Of a stretch of DNA of 32,000 nucleotides, positions 26,721 to 32,000 are shown in pieces. Both the position numbers and the translations under genes were made by a program. Below the pieces are notes generated by a model. The model made no database searches and was not told the DNA's origin. It was given only the letters and a program-made list of their open reading frames with translations. The stretch is from the NCBI GenBank assembly GCA_963718915.1, contig CAVRAI010000007.1, positions 465,668 to 497,667 on the forward strand, given 5' to 3'. Numbering within the stretch: the first letter of the stretch is position 1; every line of letters starts with the position of its first letter. Source of the DNA: an uncultured Chloroflexia bacterium. GTDB taxonomy: Bacteria > Chloroflexota > Ktedonobacteria > Ktedonobacterales > JADMIN01.

Positions 26721-28523
26721 TCAGCAAGTCGTGTCGATATCCAGCGCATTGGCATCGCTGGCGGACTGCTCTACGCTCAAGCGCTTGTAGCGGTTGAAAT
26801 CGGCGATGATCCGCTCGGCGATGTCGCGGCTCTGGTGAAACCCTGGGCGAATCTGGACGGTGTAGGGCTTGCTCGACCCGATCCCGCTATTGGCAAGCGT
26901 GACGCCGCTGAAGGCGTCAGACGCCGTGATCGTCACCGTGCTCAGGGACTCGTAGGGATGCTCCGAGAGGCGCGCGGAATTGAAAAAGGTGATATAGCCT
27001 TCCGGCACGGTGATGATAGTGTCTGGATAGCGTAACCGGCGGCGCATAAAGAGCAGGTTCGGCACGCCAATCCCAAACAGCAGCACGCCGGCGATGAACA
27101 GGGGATAGAGATTCCCAATCGCCAGCGCAAACAGGATGCCAAACGCCGCAACGATCAGCAGAATAAGCGTCGAATAGATGAAACGCGCTGGCAGACTTGC
27201 CCGGTAGACCGTGCCATCGGGCGGAGTAATCCCACGAAGCGCCTGCGCCATCACCAGCGTGGAGCTTCGCGGCAGACGTCCGCCGGGCAGCGCGCCGAAC
27301 ATCGCCGCCGGATGCGCGCCCGCCTGATCGAGCGCCTCGGCCAGGTTCAGGACGCCAAGCAAGAGGTTGTCGCGGAGGTCGCTGCGCGGGCACTGGCGAA
27401 GCTCGGATGGAGGCTGGCGGGTCGTGCGAATCGCGGCGACGAGTACCGGCTTGCCAGCTTTCAGGGCATGCTGATATTCGTTCCTGACGGCTGCCGACCG
27501 GAGCGCGGCTGGCGAGAGCGCGACGACCAGCGCGGCGCATTGATCTATCGCCTGGCCCACCTGCGCCGACCAGGCCTGCCCGGCCCGCAGATTGCTTCGA
27601 TCCACCCAGACGTTGTACCCCGCCTGCTGCAGGCTCAGCTCAAGCCGGTCAATGATGCTGGCGTCTTTGCGCGAGTAGCTGATAAAGAGCAGGGGAGCCG
27701 CCGCAACCGTGGGCGCCAGGCCTGGTTCTCCAGACAGATAGCGCGCGACGTATGCCTGGTATTGCGCGAGCGCCTGCTGCCCCAGAATCCCCTCGCCCGG
27801 AAACTTGCTCAGCGTCATTGCAACGAATGGTCGCCCGTTTCTGGGGTCCACCTTCAGATGAACGTCACTCGTGCGCGCCTGCGCAATCGGGATGTCTGTG
27901 GTCGCGTCGCGGAACGCCGCCGAGACTGCCCCGCCCGTTTTGGTCGTCACGATAAAGCCATCCGGCGTCAATATCACCATCGGACTGTTCTTCAGCGAAC
28001 GGAGCGCGGTGGGGCTGTATTTGATATAGAGCTGATAGATGATGTACAGGGCTGGCGCCACGACGAGCAAATTTCGGCCTGTGGCAAAGTACGTCAGAAT
28101 GGTAAGCACGACGGTGATCGTCGCCCCATAGATCGTCCAGCGCGAAAGCCGCCGACCGGCGCGAACCGGAAGCCGACTCACATACCATGCCGGAGGCGTG
28201 ATGCCGGAACGCGCGCGCGCCAGCACAACCTCGGCATCAAGATCAGGTGGCGTCGCAATGGGGTAACGGGCGATACCGAGCGTATCGAGCGCGATCAGCA
28301 GCGCCGCCCAGCCCGCCTGCTCGCCCGCGGAAAAGTCAATCGCCTGGAGATGGCTCACATCGGCAGGCAGATCGTTGGCCGACGAGACGATCACTGGAAT
28401 GACCTGCTGGTTGTGGGCCAGCGCATACTGATAATCCGCCGTCACCTCGGCGGAGCGCATGCTGGCGCGTGAAACGACGACAAGGACGACCTGGCAGGCA
28501 GTCGATATCGCGCTGTCTTTCAT
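26721..28523 (-). CDS. TIR-domain membrane protein, main ORF: (rest of TIR1)-2TM-PH-like-TIR2-2TM-PH-like
   Basis: TIR2 has LLFISYSRKDASIIDRL...NVWVDRSNLRAGQ...ALVVALSPAALRSAAVRNEYQHAL (about 27426-27695). Two hydrophobic hairpins are each followed by a bPH/YdbS-like segment (ILTPDGFIVT... and ITVPEGYITF...). The two halves share ARSGITPPAWYVSRLPVR versus ALRGITPPDGTVYRASLPAR. Confidence 0.8.
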   Translation of the reverse strand: MKDSAISTACQVVLVVVSRASMRSAEVTADYQYALAHNQQVIPVIVSSANDLPADVSHLQAIDFSAGEQAGWAALLIALDTLGIARYPIATPPDLDAEVVLARARSGITPPAWYVSRLPVRAGRRLSRWTIYGATITVVLTILTYFATGRNLLVVAPALYIIYQLYIKYSPTALRSLKNSPMVILTPDGFIVTTKTGGAVSAAFRDATTDIPIAQARTSDVHLKVDPRNGRPFVAMTLSKFPGEGILGQQALAQYQAYVARYLSGEPGLAPTVAAAPLLFISYSRKDASIIDRLELSLQQAGYNVWVDRSNLRAGQAWSAQVGQAIDQCAALVVALSPAALRSAAVRNEYQHALKAGKPVLVAAIRTTRQPPSELRQCPRSDLRDNLLLGVLNLAEALDQAGAHPAAMFGALPGGRLPRSSTLVMAQALRGITPPDGTVYRASLPARFIYSTLILLIVAAFGILFALAIGNLYPLFIAGVLLFGIGVPNLLFMRRRLRYPDTIITVPEGYITFFNSARLSEHPYESLSTVTITASDAFSGVTLANSGIGSSKPYTVQIRPGFHQSRDIAERIIADFNRYKRLSVEQSASDANALDIDTTC

Positions 28524-28542
28524 CGCGCGTCGCTGGCCCGCT

Positions 28543-28662
28543 CAGATCGCCGCCTTCGTGGATCGCCAAACCGCGTGATCGCAGGCGCTCGCACAGACTA
28601 TCGACAAACGGGCGATCCTGGCCCGAAGCGCTCAGATAGAGTTGCGGTGGACTGTTCAGCAT
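28543..28662 (-). other. N-terminal part of TIR1, in a different frame from the 26721..28523 ORF (frameshift near 28541-28545)
   Basis: ATG 28662, 8 nt after AAGGA, encodes MLNSPPQLYLSASGQDRPFVDSLCERLRSRGLAIHEGGDL. After a 1-nt shift it continues as (S)AGQRRAMKDSAISTACQVVLVVVS. This aligns with TIR2 DRSNLRAGQAWSAQVGQAIDQCAALVVALS. Confidence 0.7.
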
Positions 28663-28974
28663 CGGTGGCATCCTTTTTAACACCTGATGGCGAGACGACG
28701 GCAAAGGCCCGGCGATTATCTCTATTGTAACCGATAGCTACCAGGCGTGCCCCACATGACCGTGGGATCGTTGCGCTGGATTGCATCATGGCGCGGTTGA
28801 TTCGCCTGAAATGACGCTGGCGGATCGGATGGGCTTAAGTCGCGTAGGCAGCGCCGCGTGGCCCGCTGTATACTGTTGTAGGCGTGAACTGTCTGCAACA
28901 GCGTGGCCCGCGGAGACCACCGCTCACTGGCGAGCGGGGCTGAGGCTGCGCTTGAATAGTCCGAGGAGGACGGC

Positions 28975-30404
28975 GTGGCTACAGGACAAACAGAGTTCGA
29001 CGTGCTGGTGATCGGCACGGGCGTCGGCGGCTATCCGGCGGCGATTCGCGCGGCGCAACTGGGCGCGCGCGTGGGCATCGTCGAGAAGCAGTACATCGGC
29101 GGCACCTGCCTCAACGTCGGCTGCATCCCATCGAAGGCGCTGCTACACGTCGCCCATCTCTACGCGACCTTCGACGAGATGGGTCAGATGGGCATCGTGG
29201 CGAGCAAACCCACAATCGACATGGGCGTTGCGGTCGCCTATAAAGAGAAGGTTGTCAAGCAGTTGACTGGTGGCGTTGGCCAACTGCTCAAGGCCAACGG
29301 CGTCACCATCTTCGAGGGGACGGCTGAGATGCAGTCGCCGACGCAGGTGCGTGTCACCCTCAAGGATGGCTCAGTCCAGGATCTGCGCACCAGCAAGCTC
29401 ATTCTGGCCAACGGCTCGAAGGTGGCCCGCCCGCCGTTCCCCGGCATCGACGGGCGCAATGTCATCTTCAGCGATGATGCGTTGACCCTGTCGTCGGTGC
29501 CATCCAGCCTTGTTTGCATCGGCGGGGGTGTCATCGCCGTCGAGCTGGCGTGCATGCTCAACGCCTTTGGTACCGAGGTGACCATCGTCGAGATGCTGCC
29601 CGCGATCATCGCCAACGAAGACGAGGAGACCAGGAATGCGCTGGCCCGGTCGCTGACGAAGCGCGGGGTGAAGATCGTCACGGGCGCGAAGGTCGAGTCT
29701 ATCGAGGACGCGGATGGCAAGAAGCGCGTGACGGCGACGACGAGCGACGGCAAGGCGACCTTCGACGGCGAGTATGTGCTGGTGGCGGTGGGCCGCCAGG
29801 CGAATCCGGTTGGGCTGGATGCGCTGGTGAAGGCTGGCCTGAAGATGGAGCGCGGCTGCGTCGTGGCCAACAAGAAGATGGAGACGAATCTGCCGGGCGT
29901 CTATGCCGTCGGCGATCTGGTCGGGCGAACCTGGCTGGCGCACGTGGCGGAGACCGAGGGCGAGGTCGCGGTGAGAACGCCACCGGCCATGAGGCGCAGA
30001 TGGACTACAACGTCATCCCGCGCCCAATCTTCACCTTCCCGGAGATTGCCTCGGTCGGCCTGACGGAGCAGCAGGCGCGCGAGCGCAACGCCAACATCAA
30101 GGTGGGCAAGTTCCCGTGGGCGGCCAATGGCAAGGCGCTGGCGTCGAACGAGGCCGAGGGCTTCACCAAGGTCATCATCGGCGAGTATGGCGAGATTCTG
30201 GGCGCGACCATCTTCGGGCCGGACGCCACCAATCTGATTACGGAATACTCGCTGGCGATGCGCGCTGAACTGACAGTCGACGAGATCATGGCGACCGTCC
30301 ATCCGCACCCGACCTACAGCGAGGCGCTCCGCGAAGCAGTGCTCGCCGCAGAGGGCCGCCCGATCCACATCTACCAGCGGTCGGCTGCCGCCGCGCGCCG
30401 GTAA
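28975..30404 (+). pseudogene. lpdA: Dihydrolipoyl dehydrogenase (E3), single frameshift near 29968-29975 (or sequencing error)
   Basis: GTG 28975 after GAGGAGGA. FAD motif VIGTGVGGY and redox centre GGTCLNVGCIPSK. The frame changes after ..AETEGEVAV. The C-terminal dimerisation domain (ENATGHEAQMDYNVIPRPIFTFPEIASVGLTE...HPHPTYSEAL) continues in the 29514..30404 frame. GTGAG looks like GTGGAG minus one G. Confidence 0.85.
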
Positions 30405-30555
30405 GAAGGAAGGCGGCTACTCGACCGTGAAAGGCCGGATACCATTACGGAGAAGGGCTTGAAAGCCGCCAGGGTCTGCATATGTAGTTGACGTTACTCC
30501 GACCGCGCGTTGTGGCGGCCAGAGGCAGACGTAGCATAAATGCTACGGCGTTTCC

Positions 30556-31355
30556 TCAACCACAGCTACGGCTCCGGCGAATGGGCGTACGTCGTAAGGC
30601 GCGGTGGGGAGCCTCACTCCGTTCGGCTGCCAAGGCCTCCGATACGGCCGCCCAGACCCAGAACTCTAATCTGGAGCCTGCGAAGGCAAACTTCGCGGCG
30701 GAGCGGAGCGAGGCCCCTACTCCCGCGTTCACGAGCCAAGAATCTGCCCGTATTCTCGTGAAGAACGTAGCAGCGTCGGTCTGGGCGCGCTCCATGTTCT
30801 GCCACTCGTGATCGAGGATGGCATAGTGGAGCATGTCCCACCAGCCATCTCCCGCCCACTCGACCTCGCGCAGGCGGCCTTCATATGTCATGCCCAGCCG
30901 CTCCATCACCCGCGCGGAGGCGGTATTCGCGGGATGGCACTCGGCGAAGATGCGGTGGAGGCGCAGCCTGGTAAAGCCCAGCCGTAGCAGGGCCGCGCCC
31001 GCCTCGGTGGCATAGCCCTGACCCCACCAGGCGCGGTGCAGCGTGTAGCCCAGTTCCGCCTGCCAGCGTTTCTGATCCCCGCCCAATACAGGCCGCCAAA
31101 ACCGATCAACTCGTTCCGGGTGGTATGGACGAATGCGAATGGCCGGGCGCGTGGGGGGCGCTCCTGCTCCCAATCGCGCAGCATCTCGATCAGGTCGCGG
31201 GTCTCCTGCTCGGAGAGCGGCGCGCCTGAGATGTAACGCTGCACGTCGGCGTCGCTGGTGAAGGCATGAATCGCGGGCCAGTCCGCCGGATCCAGTGGGC
31301 GTAATGTGAGACGTGGCGTTATGAGCGGCGCCATTGGTAGAAACATGCCCCACAT
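30556..31355 (-). pseudogene. RimJ/RimL-type GNAT acetyltransferase, single frameshift near 31078-31092 and an aberrant long C-terminal read-through
   Basis: N-terminus (ITPRLTLRPLDPADWPAIHAFTSD...NELIGFGGLY) is in the 30906..31355 frame. The core (QAELGYTLHRAWWGQGYATEA...ECHPANTASARVMERLGMTYEG) is in the 30556..31392 frame. About 75 extra residues after ..DHEW are translated from repeat-like DNA. Confidence 0.7.
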
Positions 31356-31510
31356 TCCTCCCTGCCAGCCAGCGATAGTAGCTGCTTCTCAAGAGCCCCT
31401 CATAACATACCCTATCATACAGGCTGTGGCTTATGGCGTATAATGCTATGCCGGACTCGTCGTTGTCTCAACAAAGAGTCGGCGTGTGTATCCGTGATTC
31501 ATGAACAGGT

Positions 31511-32000
31511 ATGGCCCGCATGTATGTTCGCACAACTTTGCCAAATGGCTTGCGTCTGGTAACCGCCCCCATTTCCCACGTACGCTCGGTAAGCATCGCG
31601 TTTTTCTTTGGCGTCGGTTCGCGCTACGAGCCGGATGAAATCGCTGGCGTCTCGCACTTCATCGAGCATATGGTCTTCAAGGGGTCGAAGCGTTATCCCT
31701 CCGCTCAGCTCATCTCCGAGACCATCGAGGGCGTCGGCGGCATGCTCAACGCCGCCACTGACCGCGAGACCACCATCTACACCGCGCGGATTGCCAGCCG
31801 CTACTTCGAGCAGGCGATGGATATGCTGGCCGATATGGTGCGCCAGCCACTCTTCGCGCGGGACGAGATCGGACGCGAGCGCCGCGTGATTTCCGAAGAG
31901 ATCGGCATGTATATGGACGATCCAGGCTCGTGGGTAAGCGTGTTGGCTAACGAGCAGTTCTGGCTGAATACGCCGCTGGGACGCGAAATCGCGGGCACGC
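31511..32000 (+). CDS. M16 (pitrilysin/insulinase) family zinc peptidase, 3' end outside window
   Basis: Frame is open from ATG 31511 (or 31520) to the window end. LPNGLRLV..., zinc motif HFIEHMVFKGS (HxxEH) and the downstream ER.VI.EE segment. Not in the ORF track because it has no stop. Confidence 0.85.
   Translation, partial: MARMYVRTTLPNGLRLVTAPISHVRSVSIAFFFGVGSRYEPDEIAGVSHFIEHMVFKGSKRYPSAQLISETIEGVGGMLNAATDRETTIYTARIASRYFEQAMDMLADMVRQPLFARDEIGRERRVISEEIGMYMDDPGSWVSVLANEQFWLNTPLGREIAGT

Noticed and set aside
27312-28472. Long antisense ORFs: 27312..28472 +, 16375..17361 +, 16637..17482 +, 1322..2017 +, 3945..4655 -, 6520..7227 -, 17504..18292 +, 29514 onward before the lpdA shift, and similar.
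   Set aside because: They overlap well-supported genes on the opposite strand or in another frame. They are Arg/Ala/Pro/Gly-rich with no recognisable motifs and lack RBSs. This is the expected stop-codon-poor artefact of high-GC DNA.
30405-30830. Possible tmRNA or RNase P RNA in the structured lpdA-GNAT spacer (GTGAAAGGCCGG vaguely resembles the RNase P GGAAAGTCCGG box; GCAAAC follows a hairpin like a tmRNA resume codon).
   Set aside because: There is no ACAGAACCCGGCTTA-type P4 partner. There is no tRNA-like T-arm (GGTTCGAATCC type) on either strand. The would-be tag frame has no nearby stop. Kept only as an unspecified structured region.
1-32000. tRNA, rRNA, CRISPR arrays and mobile-element genes (transposase, integrase, recombinase).
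   Set aside because: I scanned for T-arm-like GGTTCGAATCC / GGATTCGAACC strings, for regularly spaced direct repeats of 25-40 bp, and for DDE/tyrosine-recombinase-like ORFs. None was found by eye. A tRNAscan/Infernal run would be the definitive check.

Overview
High-GC (about 60-65% by eye) bacterial chromosomal segment, densely coding on both strands. I saw no rRNA, tRNA, CRISPR array, transposase or integrase. The G/C-rich hairpin repeats and the gene content suggest a Chloroflexota/Ktedonobacteria-like genome, but that is only a guess.

Most of 1-23.9 kb holds ordinary, intact genes:
- Metabolism and small enzymes: aminotransferase, LOG-family protein, SDR, RidA, HAD-IIB hydrolase, amidase, two GNATs, a P-loop kinase, a PRTase.
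- Membrane and secreted proteins: an intact DUF5808-like / NfeD(YqiJ)-like / flotillin cluster, a DHA2 MFS transporter, and two secreted beta-propeller proteins.
- Regulation: a NarL-type two-component system tightly linked to ispD.
- Others: a peptidase-like two-gene unit, an EcKL/APH-like kinase, and a CxxC zinc-ribbon protein.

The right-hand third (23.95-31.4 kb) is different. Five genes there need at least 8 single-base frame corrections:
- a stomatin-type SPFH gene and its NfeD protease partner;
- a large TIR-domain membrane protein;
- lpdA;
- a RimJ-like GNAT.

The most interesting object is the 26721-28662 minus-strand gene. It encodes an internally duplicated [TIR]-[2 TM]-[PH-like] module, so two TIR domains and four TM helices in one chain. 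It lies directly upstream of, and co-oriented with, the NfeD-SPFH operon.

Other observations: a family of G/C-rich hairpin repeats at three gene ends, a 183-bp palindromic element, short tandem repeats (11 bp intergenic, 9 bp at a GNAT start), and several near-consensus sigma70-type promoters. All function calls come from motif recognition by eye. No searches were run.
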